DNA of 64,000 bases from NCBI GenBank assembly GCA_044892525.1, contig CM097885.1, positions 74,772,001 through 74,836,000 on the forward strand. The letters are read 5' to 3'. The position numbers were made by a program, and so were the translations under genes. Shown piece by piece: positions 1 through 13,906 of the stretch. This stretch comes from Schmidtea polychroa. Taxonomy: Eukaryota. Each line of letters opens with the position of its first letter. The stretch's first letter is position 1. The notes under the pieces were generated by a model. It had not been told where the DNA came from. It did no database searches and saw nothing but the letters and a program-made list of their open reading frames with translations.

Positions 1-348
1 TCAAAATCATTCCCTCTTGTTTGCCCAACTCTTTTAGTTTATTTAGCGATCGTTGTGCTACACAGGAGCCATCGATTTCTTGCAGGCTGTGGTAAACAGT
101 AAGGATCCGTTTTAGTGTATTCTTTGCACATTAATTGTAAAGCAACTTTTGTAAATTATTGAATACATTTTTGTAAAAAGAGAAAGAGTTTGTTTTGTTT
201 TAATTCAGTGATTTAAACTTATACGCGCAACCACATTAAATATAACTTATTTATATTTATTTTTATTTATTTATCTTAATTAACTTATTGGAGTCATTTG
301 TGTTAAGATCTGTAGTCCCCGTTTTTCGATCTTAACACTTGTTTTATT
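1..348 (+). mobile_element. 3' part of an LTR (runs off window start), ending ...GATCTTAACA
   Basis: Ends in CA. TTGGAGTCA lies ~60 bp before the end, as in other LTR-like ends here. Terminal hairpin GTGTTAAGATC...GATCTTAACAC. A second LTR-like end follows at ~349-483. Confidence 0.5.
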
Positions 349-499
349 TTGTATAACTGTAATTGTTTAATAAAATTCTTTAAACCATATTTGTTCTTTA
401 TTAATTTTTACCTAAAAGCGGTTTAAACTAATTTGGAGTCAGAACAATAATTATATTAGTTTGAATAAACAAGAACCTAACTCATGGCTTCATATTAGA

Positions 500-1900
500 A
501 GGTTTTAGACACACTTTATCGTTTACCTGAAATATATTATCTATGCTTTGCTGCAGATTGTCTTTTTCCTTAAATCGAAGTCTTGTCTCGTATGTATACA
601 TGAGATTTGCTGGCGTTTTAACGGAACTATTTACAGGGGTATTGTTTTACTAATAAATTGCTTCCTGAATTTGACATTGCGATCGCGGAACATTTACGTT
701 TTATTGTTTTGTGATTTCTTTCGATAATACCCTTCCCTGCTGATCTGTTTGCGCATCTGTATTCACTTTTGAATTTACATTTTTCATCAATGATATGATA
801 AGTATCAAGTATAAAATATCCTTCTTTGATAGGAGAAACTGAGACTGAAACTATTGTTATTAAATACTATAATGTAGAGAATGCATTTCGCCCTCCTTCA
901 GTACAATTATTTTCGCTTTTTACTGGATTTACCATTATTTTTACTGGGATATAAATTGAGTAAATCTTTCAATGGACTCACCACTGGAGAAATTGAGAGC
1001 AAATTTTCTATAGTAACTGAAGAATGCTATAAATGAATGTCAATTTGAAAATCATTGTAATTTATTCTAGTTAAAAACCTTTTCGATTTTCCTTGGGTCA
1101 GTATTTACACTATGTTTTCTGAAATAACATGACTCAAATATAAAATTTGTTTATGGAAAAAATTACGTTTTTCAGGTTTTTTTAATTTTACGCCTAATTC
1201 TTACTCTTTCTAGATACTATTCATATTTACTTCCATATATCAAACCATCATCAAAGTAATGCTCCCAATTTTCTTAATTTTAAAATTATGTACATTAATC
1301 GTTGAAATGTTACCGGTGATGACGACCGTTCGAATGACATTCCATTGAATTTAAGCTGTACTCGTCTAGTTATAAAAGCCGTTATAAAAACGGAATCTTT
1401 GACCGAAGACTAATTTAATGTACAAAGAAAATCGAAATGCAAACTTCGAGGCTTAGGCAGCGAAAACCCCAGATACTGGCAAGGGCCAGGAGCTCGTTGG
1501 AAGCATCAAGTCAAAAAATATGATATAACGAGCCAATATACGAGATGGCCGTTTCCCATTATTCATTTACAGATGTGGTAGAAATAAACGAGAGAAAATT
1601 CGTGGTCTCCATGATTATCTATTTAAAAGTGAACACCAGGAAGAACTTGGTTGTTAGCTATCACCGGGATGTGATCAAAGATTGTATCACTGCAGTGAAA
1701 CTCCGAGGCCAGCAGCGGAAGAAATACCAGCTATATGGCTAACGTATTCCAGCACCCAGTTCAGACAATTTTCAAAGCTAGCATTCTCATTTTACCTCAA
1801 CCCAGTATTCGCATATAGATATTCAACAATTAGTGACATTTGTGATTCGGATAATATGATTCGGACATTCGTAACTATTACATTCTGTGAACATTTTTAG
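500..1900 (-). mobile_element. Degenerate Ty3/gypsy pol remnant (RT to integrase)
   Basis: Minus-strand translation gives MSFERSSSPVTFQRLM...DDGLIYG (RT), TDPRKIEKV (RT connection) and GIIERNHKTIKR (integrase), with many stops and frameshifts. Boundaries approximate. Confidence 0.7.
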
Positions 1901-1990
1901 CCTGCTAGTTGGCACTCTATTGTTTATATTTTGTATATTTTTATGTCGCGTACCTTCTTGTAACCCTTTAAGTTTTCGGGTTGAAAATCT

Positions 1991-3063
1991 TGTTAGGGAG
2001 ATGTCATTTTAGGGTTGGGCCAACAGATAGTGGTGCATAATAACATAAATTGATAGATAAATAAAAATAGTAATTTTACAATTACTAAAAATAGAATATA
2101 AATATAAATAGTAATATTTAAACTACAAAAATAGGATTAGCCTACTTATACTAATTAATTAAGAAGAAAAAAATTTTTATAGAAATTTTATATTACTAAA
2201 ATTAGATTAATAGTGAATTAATATTATTTATTTTATTTATAAGATCAGGCGACCAAAGGACAACACACAACACATTCTAAAGTGAAATTTAAGAGTGATT
2301 GACGTGTGATAACTCAATATTAACGTCAAAAATTAAATTGGAGTTCACCTATAAACATTAAAATATTTGGTGAATAGACCAGAAAGAAAAAAATACAGCT
2401 AACTAGAAATTTACTAAGAATAAAATTGACGACTGTGATCTGGAAAACCTTTGGATTATATTGGGCAAATAGAAATTTGACAGAAAGTTATTGCACGAAA
2501 ATTAAATCTATTCGAATAGGTATTAGCTTTTTATATAAGTTAATTTACCTGATTGTTGAATAAACTTTACCGATTTACATTCAACAGAAAACGGTTATCA
2601 ATTTAAATTTGATTAAACTGTTAGGAACAGTTGCTTGGAACTTGTCGTAAATTAGAGCGGGGAATTGGAATAACAGTTCTTTTAGTAAAACTGTTTTGTC
2701 GTTTTTTTGCAAATTTAGCGTTTGGGAGGGTAGATTGACAGGAAACGTTGTTACCGATTTATGGTAGCAAGCGATCTCGTAAAATTTCTTGATCGCTCAT
2801 CTTTTACTTTACACTTTTGAGCGAAGCTGTAGATAAATTAGAATCTCTCACCATCTTAGAAATACCTGAGGACGGTTAGACAATACCGATATCTTTACTT
2901 CAGTGTTTTGTTATAAATTGTGTAAATTATATTTGTTTTATTTATAATTTAAATATATTTTATTATTGAAATCGAGTTGTTTTATTTACTTAAACGCGCA
3001 ATATCTTTTGGAGTTGGATAGTGCAAACAGTGTTAATCGTTTTTCTAGTCAACGAACTTAACA
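1991..3063 (+). mobile_element. Solo LTR (~1.07 kb)
   Basis: TGTTAG...CTTAACA termini and TTGGAGT near the 3' end. A related 5' end occurs at 11522. No clean TSD. Confidence 0.6.
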
Positions 3064-3647
3064 CATTCTTCTAGCGGAATACTTGAGATTCTTCCAAGGA
3101 ATCAAAACGTTATGTTGCTTCTGGAATTGAATAAAATGGTCTTACTGTTACTGAATTCAACTTTCTGTAATTGACACAAAGGATTAACTCCTAATTTAAC
3201 TTGAAAGTCATAAAAATCAGTTGATCCTCGCACAAAATACTCTTTATCACGATTTAAAACTACTGTTTCATCTAAAATAACATACATGAAACAATACCGA
3301 GTCTTTTCACTATTAGCACTCACGCCGTACCTCATCTAAGTAGTGTTTCTTAGTTTTTCTCATTTTATCTAATATAAAATATCGCTTTTCTAATAATTTA
3401 ATTTCATACTTGAAAAATGATCAAACCCTGTTTGGAACGCCATGTTATACAAAAACTAAAAGTAAACCTTTCAAAATAATATATTATATTACACAATTAA
3501 ATTTTGCGGTTTGGTAATATTATTTAAACACAACATTATCAAATTCAATTTTCACAATTAGTTATGATTAGATTGCCTTGTATCGCTACATTTATCCTTA
3601 TTATAAAACTTTCCATTATTTTGCCATATTCTTACTTTAGGCTAGGC

Positions 3648-4458
3648 CAGGGGTGGGCGAGTGCCGCTCTTTGATGAGCTGTGTGGCTCCCATTGAGATC
3701 TGATTCTATAGTAAATATTGTAATATGTTGTGGCTCATTGTAATACAGGGAAACCCTGTATTTGACTCTTGTGGAAATCATGTGTGCCCACTAGGTTTAC
3801 CACCAATTCGGTTTTCGCACGAACAGTTCGGTAATCAAATGAATTGTTCGTTGTTCGTTTGGCACCCCGACCGAACGTTAAAATGTTCGGTTATTGTATC
3901 AATTAATTAAATTCCATGTAAAAAAATTTTAAAAAATTAATTTAGCTTAAAAATATTGTTTTACGTTAACTTAATGCCAATACCTGTTTGTTAATAAAGT
4001 TAAAGTTAAGTTTTTGTAACAAGTTTTCTTCAATTTGTCTGAAGGGTAAAAATCAGCAACGCCTACACTGAAAGAGTGTTCTCAATAATGGGAAATATTT
4101 GGACTAATGAGCGGAATAGACTAGATTTAGAAGTTGTTAAAACAGAACTACAAGTGAAATTAAATTTTGAAATGTCTTGCTCAGAATTTTATGACTATAT
4201 AAAAACTAAACCAAAGCTTCTTGAGGCTGCCAAAAGTAACAAAAAATATATCTGGAAGAAGAAGTGATAATTCTTTCATAATGACTGATATATTTATTTA
4301 ATATATTATGAAATAAAAAGTGCTAATTTTAATTTTTTGTTTTTGTTTTTTCGTTTTATACATTTAATATTAATATTTAAATAAATTTTTTTATTAATTG
4401 GTTTGAGTGTTCATATATCGGTCGAGAAAAATGGTGGTAACCCTAGTGCCCACACCTG
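3648..4458. mobile_element. hAT (Buster/Charlie-type) MITE, ~149 bp without its insert
   Basis: TIRs CAGGGGTGGGC / GCCCACACCTG. 8-bp TSD GGCTAGGC / GGTTAGGC (7/8, central TA). Confidence 0.8.
3792..4445 (+). mobile_element. Internally deleted hAT (Blackjack-like) element with transposase C-terminus
   Basis: TIRs TAGGTTTACCACCA / TGGTGGTAACCCTA and a perfect 8-bp TSD GTGCCCAC. Encodes SNAYTERVFSIMGNIWTNERNRL (hAT dimerisation region), continuing as ORF 4076-4267. Confidence 0.9.
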
Positions 4459-5559
4459 GGTTAGGCAAAAAAATAATATTTATATAAACTATTTCACGTA
4501 AAATATTGCAATCTTTGAATAAAGCCATTTATTAATGATTTTATTGAGTTTTCTTCGATGTCTGTCTGATTTTTTTGCGACTTTAGCCGTGCCATGTTTA
4601 TAATATCCTCTCAAATTGAGCATTTAGTCCCCGAATATTTTTTCAATATATTGTATAATTTTGATACTGATTCTTGAACATTTAGAGAGGCTTAACAGCA
4701 TTCGAGTGTGCTGAAGAAAGGGGAGCAACTAATGCAATCAAAGCATTTTCAGATTTCGGAATTTCGTCCGAAAAACTTTCTAATGTGAAATTTTGATTTA
4801 TTAATGAATTGTTTATCTTAATCAGTTCCTACAGGAATGCAACAATTGTCGATTAAGGAATTCCTCAATCAGAATGCCATGTTATCATAACTTATGTATC
4901 ATCTGTTACCGAGTCCGATCATCCTGTAATATTTGTTCAACCCTCCTGAACAACACTTCTCTTTAATAATTAAATATGGATTATAAAATATCATTTTCTC
5001 AAAATTAAATATTTCTTTATCTATTGATAAAATTCTCAAAAGTCAAAAATTTATTAATGAAAAATATCAAATGCATAATCAATATGCAAGGCAAAATACA
5101 GTAGGCAAGCTACTGTATGGGGTGTTGGATCTGCTAGTGTGCCTTTTTAAGGATGCGGGCACAATCATCCGTCACACAGGCTTTCATGTTATAGGCAAAA
5201 ATTAAATAGTCGAATAAAGCAAAATGAATTTATTTTATATAACTCGAAAAATAATTCATATCTTTTTTTGAATAAATAATTAAACATGCATGGTAACGAT
5301 TTAATTATAAGAAAGCGTCAATCGAACTTTTGTTTTACGATCTATTTCGACATTTTTCACGTCATCGTTAGGTAGAGTGACAAGAAAACTGCCGATATAT
5401 ATCGTAAAACGAATGCTTGAGTGGCGCTTTCTTACAATATTTGTTTTATTTTCGTTATTTTTATTCTTATCAAAATCTGTTTTTTTTCTAAGATCTTACT
5501 GAACTTTGCTCTCCTCTAAGCATCCAAATGTGACTCCCATCTTAGATATTTCATTCTTA

Positions 5560-6840
5560 TGTATTTAACGTCAGGTTTATTGTCTTTTGATAAAAAGTTA
5601 TTGGGAAACCAAATTTGGTAATAATTATGAATGTGAGAAGGAATAGTTATCCAAGTTGCCGTCGCCTTGGCTGCTATAGTTTATGAATGTATTGGTGAAG
5701 TTATTTTAAATCAAAGAACTAATTCGGTTTTTTTTTGAAAAATTATTCTATCAGTGAAATCCATTGCATCATGGAAAGTTGGATACAGGTGAGTGCTAAG
5801 TTATTTGCGTAATGAAGTTAAATTATAAATGTTTTAATCAAATTTTGGCCAAAAATTGCTGAATTCTATTTGTCAGAAATATTTGATATTGGTTCGGCTT
5901 CAGGCCATTTTATTTTGCGATCGATCATCGTGAGAATGTAGACCTTTCTTTTTGATGAAGGAAGAGTACCAACTAGTTTTATATAAAGGACTTCGAAGCG
6001 ATTCCCTGGAAGTTATCGGAATATTGGAGGCTTTATGTACCTAGTAATTTTAGGTTGTTAGCATTGAATGCATTCTTTACACCACCGTTTAACATTTATC
6101 CGCGTGAAAGGCCAAATGTACTTTGTATAAAGAAGCGCGTAAAAGTTATGAATACTGGTATGATGAATTTCGTGAAGGCAAAATAACGCGAGAGCATCCC
6201 AGATTTGAAAAATCGTATTATATGTTATCAATTTGTTTGGCTTTTCACAAAAATGTGTTAAATCTCTCTCGGGAAAAAGTGAATGAAGATGAAATAATTT
6301 CTGGGAATAATGAACAACATCTAGAAATTGTAGATACGTTGGTTTGTGAAAATAAATCAGCTTTTACGTTATACTTGCCTGAAAGGGAATGAAGTTCGAA
6401 GTTGTATTCTGATAAGAAGGTAATCTGTCTATGTTGCCTGGATGATGGATTTTTAGTAATAGTGAGGTGGTCGGTGAAAATATTGAAACGTTTCTCCTCG
6501 AGGATAAAGCAAAAGATTGTTTTACGGCTTCTTTAATACCGAGTATTTCTCTATCGAAAACTGAAAATTTAGATTGCATGGAAGCTATTTTGAGAAGAAT
6601 CCAAGTGGTTCTTGCTTATTGTCTGAGATATGATGAAGAACTGTTCCAATGGTGTAATCAAATGCATCAGTCGTTAATTTAAGTTCGAGTTTGGGATTTG
6701 GAAATTTTAAAGAGACCATTCTTTTGGATACGTTAATATTTTCTTTGGTCCACTTTACTTCGAATTTTTTGGGCCTACTAATCAAACCGGACAATAGTAA
6801 TAAAAATTCAAAATCACCCTGGAGAAATTGGTGGTAAATG
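5560..6840 (-). mobile_element. Degenerate Ty3/gypsy pol remnant (RNase H to integrase)
   Basis: LTTDAFDYTIGTVL...EPLGFFSK and FSVFDREILGIKEAV (RNase H); YILTMIDRKIKWPEAEPISNI (integrase). Confidence 0.85.
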
Positions 6841-7066
6841 TTTACAGGTCCTTAGAAGCTGCGTAAATTAGTAATAGTTTTTGGTGATATTATGTGATTA
6901 TATTATGGGTCCAAGAAATCTTTTGGTGAAGAATTCGTAGTTTTCTAGATTAATGACGAGATTATTGTTGTCGGAACGTGAAAAGATTTGTTGGAGGAAA
7001 TGTGTTGTTTCGTTTTCAGAAAATGTCAGTATATCGTCTAATTATGTACTAGCAATAGTCTAATCT

Positions 7067-7979
7067 TGTGTTGGGCTAGAACTGATTTCTAGACCCAAAC
7101 TGATAATTGTGACTGAAATGTGTAGGTACACAACATGCAAAAAGCAAAAAGTATAGTTAATATTAAAAATACACCAAATAAACAATAATGATTAAAAGGG
7201 AAACAACAAAAAATATAAACACAGAAATTAAATAAAATTATACAAAAGCAAGAAGTTATGTAAAATCTAACTCAAAAATAACCAAATAAACATAGAATTA
7301 CAAAAAACAAACTCGAATAACTTAAAAGATGGTAAAAACCAGCAAAAATTTCCAGAAAAACCCAGAACATTCCATAAAAATGGCGATGACCATCATAAAA
7401 GCTACCTTAAACAACAAAATTTAGAAAAATAAATAAATTAGTAATAAAAATAAAAAATCTTAAAAAGAAATTCATAAAACATCAATTAAAATAAAAATTA
7501 AATTAAAAGTAATATAGAATGTTCTGGAACCGTTCCAAATCCATCATGGACGTAAAATTAACGAAAAATAATTAAAAAATAAAAATTTAAAAATAAAAAC
7601 AAAAATTATGGCACAAAAATTGCCATTAAAAATATCAAAATTACAAAATAGAAAATTCTGGAATAAAAAGAATTCGAGTTTGTTTTAATGCATCAATACA
7701 TACACGTGTACAAAATAGGTATATATACCGACGCATTTTAGTCACAATTTAATCTTTTTGTATGCCAAAAATTTTTATCGAAAATCTAATCGACACCGAG
7801 AGTAAGCACTGTTGATTATATTTATTTTATGATTGTTCTTTTATCATTATATTTCATTTTATTAGTTATATTTTTATCTTTTTCCATATTTGATTATTAC
7901 TGGACAAGAGTGACTAGCGTCGTCGTGAATGGGTAGCATCCACGACGCTGATCAGTCTTGTTTCCAACTAATAGCCACA
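7067..7979. mobile_element. Probable solo LTR
   Basis: TGTG...CACA termini, A-rich body, subterminal hairpins (AGCGTCGT...ACGACGCT). No TSD resolved. Confidence 0.45.
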
Positions 7980-8612
7980 TGCACAATTTTTGGGTCTACG
8001 ACCCCACATGCATAAAAATTTCAAATTTTTTTTTAACCGGAGGTCGCCACGAACAAATGGTTTCTAACCAGGAGTAGGGCGGTAAATCCATACCGGTAGT
8101 TGGCATAGTCATAGGGACTATGCGGACGAAATAAACTTCGGGAAAGTAATCGCGGGAAACATAACACAATAAGGCCTATCGTACCGTATTCAGTTGAGTC
8201 GGGAAAGTAGGAAAATTTTAATTAATTCGACCTTTCAGTAAACGACATACTAAAAATAAACACTTAATTCTTCTATAGGAAATATATCACTAGGAACATC
8301 TAAACGGAAAATATCCCAGACTCAAATTAATACAGAGGCTTTCGGTAGTCGGCTAATTGCATAAGCTAATCTCTAATATTAACAGATTTTAGTACTACTA
8401 TTCATAATTTTATTCAATGTAATCTAGTTCACGTTCGATGTGTCTTATTATCAACTAAAATCCCTTCAAAATTTTCATTCTTACCATTATGTGTATTGAA
8501 ATTTAGTTGATATAAAATCTTCAAAGATTTTTTTTTGTTGTGAGTCCTAATAATATTATCAACTTTGGCATCATTACTATTATCATTATTGATTTTCCAA
8601 AATTACATTAAT

Positions 8613-9090
8613 AAAGGGTATATCATCCCCATATGGCATATATAAGTATATTAAACTTTCTTAATACATATTTACATTATGTTTAGAAAATGATAAATTA
8701 TAAATTTTCTCAAATGACCCCCCGGAATATATATTCATCACCCAAATGTCCTAAATGAACTTATTTTAATATGTAATTTTGGATAGTAATATGTTAAAAA
8801 TGATAATCTAGCAATTTCCATCTTTAGGATCGTTATTATTATTATTATTAATTCTCTTAATAAGGTGTACATCATCACTATATAATAGTATATAGAAGTA
8901 TATTAAACTTCCTTAATATATATTTAACTTACAGTAGGATTAGGAAATGACAAATTATGAATTTTCTTAAATGACCCCCCCCGAAATATATATTCATTAC
9001 CCATTTCATAAATGTCCTAAATTAACTGTTTTTAATATATATTTGGATTATAATATGTTAAAAAGGATTATTTGAGAATTTGCATAAATG
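8613..9090. repeat. Diverged ~250-bp tandem duplication
   Basis: AGTATATTAAACTT-CTTAATA...AAATGACCCCCC-GAA-TATATATTCAT-ACCCA...AATGTCCTAAA occurs at ~8645-8760 and again at ~8897-9022. Confidence 0.75.
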
Positions 9091-9341
9091 CCCCTTACAC
9101 CAAGCGACTTGTTGTAATATATATTTGACTCGCAATATACCTGGAATGATTACCTATAAAATTTTATAAATGACCCTTTTTGACCCCTATGGTCCTTAAT
9201 GACTACCTAGAAGTATTAGTTTAATCTGCTTCTAGGCTCAGCTAGCTTACATTACTTTAGAAATATCGTTGCGTATCTCAGAGTGGAAAATGAGTCCATA
9301 ACTTCCCGAAAATGATTTCCCCTATGTAGTAACCTTATAAA

Positions 9342-9516
9342 TTACGAATCTACATTTACCATTATCATTATCATTAACCTTATTGTCATTGTTATTATTA
9401 ATCTGGCTATTATTATTAATATTACCATTATCATTATTATGGGTATTACTAGTCTTATTATTACTATTATCCTTATCAGTATTATTATTATCGTTATTAT
9501 TATTATTAGTATCATC

Positions 9517-9555
<39 letters not shown>

Positions 9556-9680
9556 GTTATTATAATTATTAATGTTAATATTATTATTGCCATTAGTGTT
9601 GTTACCACTAACAGTTTCGCCCTTATCATTACCATTAATGTTATCACCATCATTATTATTAAGATATTAAAATAATCATT
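9342..9680. repeat. Degenerate (ATT)n low-complexity tract
   Basis: Trinucleotide periodicity, which explains the poly-I/poly-L ORFs. Confidence 0.9.
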
Positions 9681-11521
9681 ATTTTTGTTTTTAAATTTAA
9701 ATTTTTGCTAATTGTTGATTTTGGGATCCCCCTATGTCTTAATTTAGTTACAATAACCCTACCCTCCAATAAAATTTCAGGAAACTACTGAATCTATTTT
9801 TAGTAACGACCCCCCCCCCGATAAACGACGTTAGGATCAATAATTTAAATTTAAGCTATGTATTTATGTTTGGACATGCGTATATGTCCGTGTGTGCACA
9901 TATGTCTTCCCATGTTAATAACAACCGCATCGAGGCACAGTTGTCTCCCAGATCATCGGAGGAGGAAACACTCCAGTTTATTTATCTACCTCAGAAAAAT
10001 AAAATTATGTCGAAGTTACCTTAGAAAATTGAATTAATTACTTAGGATTATGTAAAGACCAAAAACTCAAAAGTTTATTAACCAAAATAACCAAGTAAAA
10101 ATAGAAAACAACATAGAAAAAATAGAAACGCAAATTTGAATTCCATCGGAGGCTCGTTTCGTGAAAATTATCTGACCAATTACTTCCATCAGTGTAATCA
10201 CGAGAACAACTGAGAAATCCCTGAATATCTTCGGGAGTAAATAGAGAACTTAAAACTCACGGCATAGATCCCCAACCGGAAAGGAATAACAATTCCCAGC
10301 TAAGTATCTCATGAATTTAGCGTACTGGCATAGTCTAAACTACCATCCGGCAATAGTGTCATAAATCCATTAGTTAAGGTATCGTATTTACCGTGGAGCA
10401 TCAAGAGACTGTCCCTGAAATCAGACAAGTTAAAAATCAAACTTCAACTTACCCGTTAAGTGTCCGTTGAAGAGAAAGCCACTTACAACCATCCTGGCCA
10501 GGGACTCGCAAAGGGCTGAATATAAATTCAGGCAATTTACAATATCCGTTTCCCAGGATGGGTCCTAGTAGCACGATTTGATTGTTGACAAAATTATCAA
10601 CAGAGAGCAAAATTAGATTATAAAAATGAATGTTTACATTAAAATAAATGCAAATTAATATTTAAATTAATGTAACTTGATATAAATTAATAAAATAAAT
10701 CTTTAAAATGAAATGGTTTGAGTTATATTTTTGTATGTTTTTAAAGTGGCTGATACAGTGAAAAGACAGCAGCACAATGGATCTCTATACTTAGCGCTCC
10801 TTGTATTGGATTTTGTTAGTTTTTTTGGTAGGTGGAACTGTTGAGACATTTTCGAATAATTAATTTTTGGTGGGCTTTTAAAAATCAATCAACGATGTTT
10901 TCAATTTGTCGAAAAGTTTGACTTTTGGTGACTCAAATAACCTTCCAAAGTAAGTGAAGCTCTTATATAACTTAATATAATTTTCAAGTTATTGTTTTAT
11001 GTTTTCCTTTTTAATTCTTTTCTTGCCAATAGTATTATTTATATAATGATAGTCGACAGGATGACCACCAAAACGCATGGACGATAGAGTATGTTGTTGT
11101 CAAGACTTGCAGTCCCTGAATATAAGTATGATCGATCCATTCTAGAATCGTGGTCAAAATATGGCTTGCCGTTGGTCTTTGTAAATGTAAAGAATTCAGG
11201 ATCAATTGTGATCTGTCATTTATAGTCGATGGGGTCGCTTAAACGATTAGTTTTCTAAAATGATCATATTGACTTTCGAGGTGATACGATTTAAAGAAAA
11301 CTATTTTCCGCCATTCTGAGTCATAGTAAATGAAGAAAGGAGCGATAACTAAAATAAGCAAGAACTCATTTGTCTTCAAATTAACGAATTAGGTAAACAT
11401 CCGAATGCCATGATATTCACTAATTTGTTCCAAATCTAAAATCACCAACGAGGCAATCTAGTAAGAGAAAATGCATCGTGCTGATTCATATATAATAATT
11501 GTTAGAATAAATCCCGTGTAT

Positions 11522-11793
11522 TGTTAGGGTTGGCCCAATAGGGATTTGCATAAAAATAATATAAAACTATAGGAAATAGCAAGGAAACAAAAATTTGTTT
11601 TTATAATTACTAAAAATAGTACATAGGTGAAAATAGTAATTTTAAATACTAATTATAGTAATTATTTATTTATAGAAATTAATTATGGGAAAAAATATAC
11701 TAAGCAAATATTAAATAAAAATAGTCATTTATTATTACTAATATTATAATGTAACTAAATAATTTTAGTATTAAGGTCAGAATATAATCTTAC
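11522..11793 (+). mobile_element. Shortened LTR related to 1991-3063
   Basis: TGTTAGGGTTGGCCCAA...TTACTAAAAATAG resembles 2008-2095. Ends in CTTACA. Confidence 0.5.
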
Positions 11794-13654
11794 AGGTGGT
11801 AACAATAAACGACAACAATAGACAACAGACAAGAGACAATAAATAGTATCTGATCCAGGTCCGCCGACAGCAATTCCGGGCTCCTAGACAGAGCATTTCA
11901 TGGGCCCCTTAACAATTGTTAATCGTACAACGCACAAAATAGCAGATGACATTTTATTTGACGTAGTGGTTTGTGGCCCGTTGGTGTGTTCTATGGTACA
12001 CAAATGATACGCATGGTTTCAGTTTCAGTAATCATGGTTAGTAAATATAACAGTTTTTAATTCCAGCATATAATTTTTGAGTAGTAATGATCAAGACAAA
12101 ATTTAAAGACAAAAAAGTTATAGCAAACGTTGAAAAAGAGACACGGAACGAGAAACAAGCAAAGCACAAGTGGTCAAGAGGACAGGTAGTTTTCCTCAGT
12201 GAAAACAAGAAAACAAGGGTCAAAGAAATTATCTTTCAGTTAAATTACATTCTAAATATAGACATAGACTTTTGAAAATCTTTGATATGAAAGTGTCAGC
12301 AGCACCTATATAAGTTGACTCAATAGTTGATCAGAATGAAACTAGCAGAATGAACATCCATAATCTATGGAAATGTAACCCAACAAAAGAAACTAACATT
12401 GATCAACGAAAAACAAAAATAATCAGACATATCTAAAGTAAACTCAACAGAAAGAAAATTGCAAGAATCAAGGATTTGAAAGTAAAGAATCGTGATTTCG
12501 AAAATGAAACTCGAGAAACAAGCAAGCGCCAAATTCCAAAGGTTAATTAATCTATTAACGAACAAAAAAATTTCTACTCAGAAATTCGAAGAAGAAACGT
12601 TAAAGAATGGGAATGAAATTTAAATCCAAAACTTGAAAACTCAGAGATCAGAAGTAGTAAGAATCTAAGTTAAATAAATGTTGAAATGAGGAGAATTTAC
12701 CATCGAAGCGATAAAGGAGAATTTACCATCGAAGTGATAAAGGAGAATTAACTATCTAGAACAAAATAAATTTTTTTTTTTAATTGGAAAATAGGATACG
12801 GATAGACCAATGCAAGAAGAACGATGCAACCAAGTTTCATCGAACTGTTGGTGGGAACAAAAACAGTTAATTATGAATTAAGAATCCCTTAATGACACGA
12901 AACTATGGTGTTACTGAAATTGAAAGTTGTAATTAAAAGGAAATAGGACGTTACATCTTCTATGGTAAGCTTGTAAACCCAGAGACATTAGCTGTTCTTA
13001 TGATGGGACTCACCTGCTAGATCGCAGCACCATCGTCGGGCTTTTAATAGTCAAATAAATAGTTATGTGAGGTTGTGAAGGGAAAGTAAATGCAGCGGAA
13101 GAGTTAACGGGATTAGGGAAGTACATATATGAAATGTTTCCCCAATCGTAACTCACCAGGTGACCATAAAATCGTTTTTATTTCAATTCCTCAAATGTGC
13201 AGCTTTTAATAAGTCTAAGCTAAACAGGATCAGAGTAAAGTTAAATCAAGTTAAAAGCGAGTTAATCAAAAATAACGCCCAAAGAGTAACTGTAAGGAAC
13301 CAGTTCAAGATCTAACATAAAATTTATATTGAAAATGAAAAGGTAAAGAAACGAGGATTTTTTTGTTTAAGTATTAATTGTGGTTGTGATTGTTACTTTA
13401 TATACAGGGAAATAGTTAATTCGTTGAAAGACCAAATGTATGCTTTTTAAAACTGTTTTATCCCTGTTTTTCTTACGATTTTTCTCTTTACGAACAACTA
13501 ATTTTCATTTAAAATAAAAAGTAAGTTTTATATTTTGAGTTATGCCGCTTGTTTAAATGGATTAAATAAATATCAAAATGATTAAATTCACATTGAATAT
13601 TTGAAACAATTATTTTATTATATATATATCTGTAAATCATTGAAGTATTAATCC

Positions 13655-13906
13655 ATGCGAGGGGAAAATTTTGTTTATGAAATCGCTTATGAATTGGAAA
13701 ATGACTTAAAAAGTTTAAGTGAATCCTTAGATAAGATTGCAATAACACCGCTTATTCACAAAATTGTCAATGTTTTAGAAGAGTTGGAACGTCATTCACA
13801 ATTATATGAGATGAAAAGGAAGGAAATCGACAATTTAAAAGTATCAATTAAACGAATAGAGGATGAAGCTGTAAATAAGGAACAAGAACGTTTGTTTTAT
13901 GAAAAA
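13655..13906 (+). CDS. RILPL1: RILP-like exon 1 (RH1 domain)
   Basis: ATG preceded by an in-frame TAA; donor GTGAAT at 13907, phase 0. Confidence 0.85.

Noticed and set aside
9342-9675. Ile/Leu-rich ORFs that look like membrane proteins (also 49093-49278)
   Set aside because: They are translations of (ATT)n microsatellites.
10700-11350. Possible MULE transposase remnant on the minus strand
   Set aside because: Only a faint resemblance, with no catalytic motif or termini identifiable.
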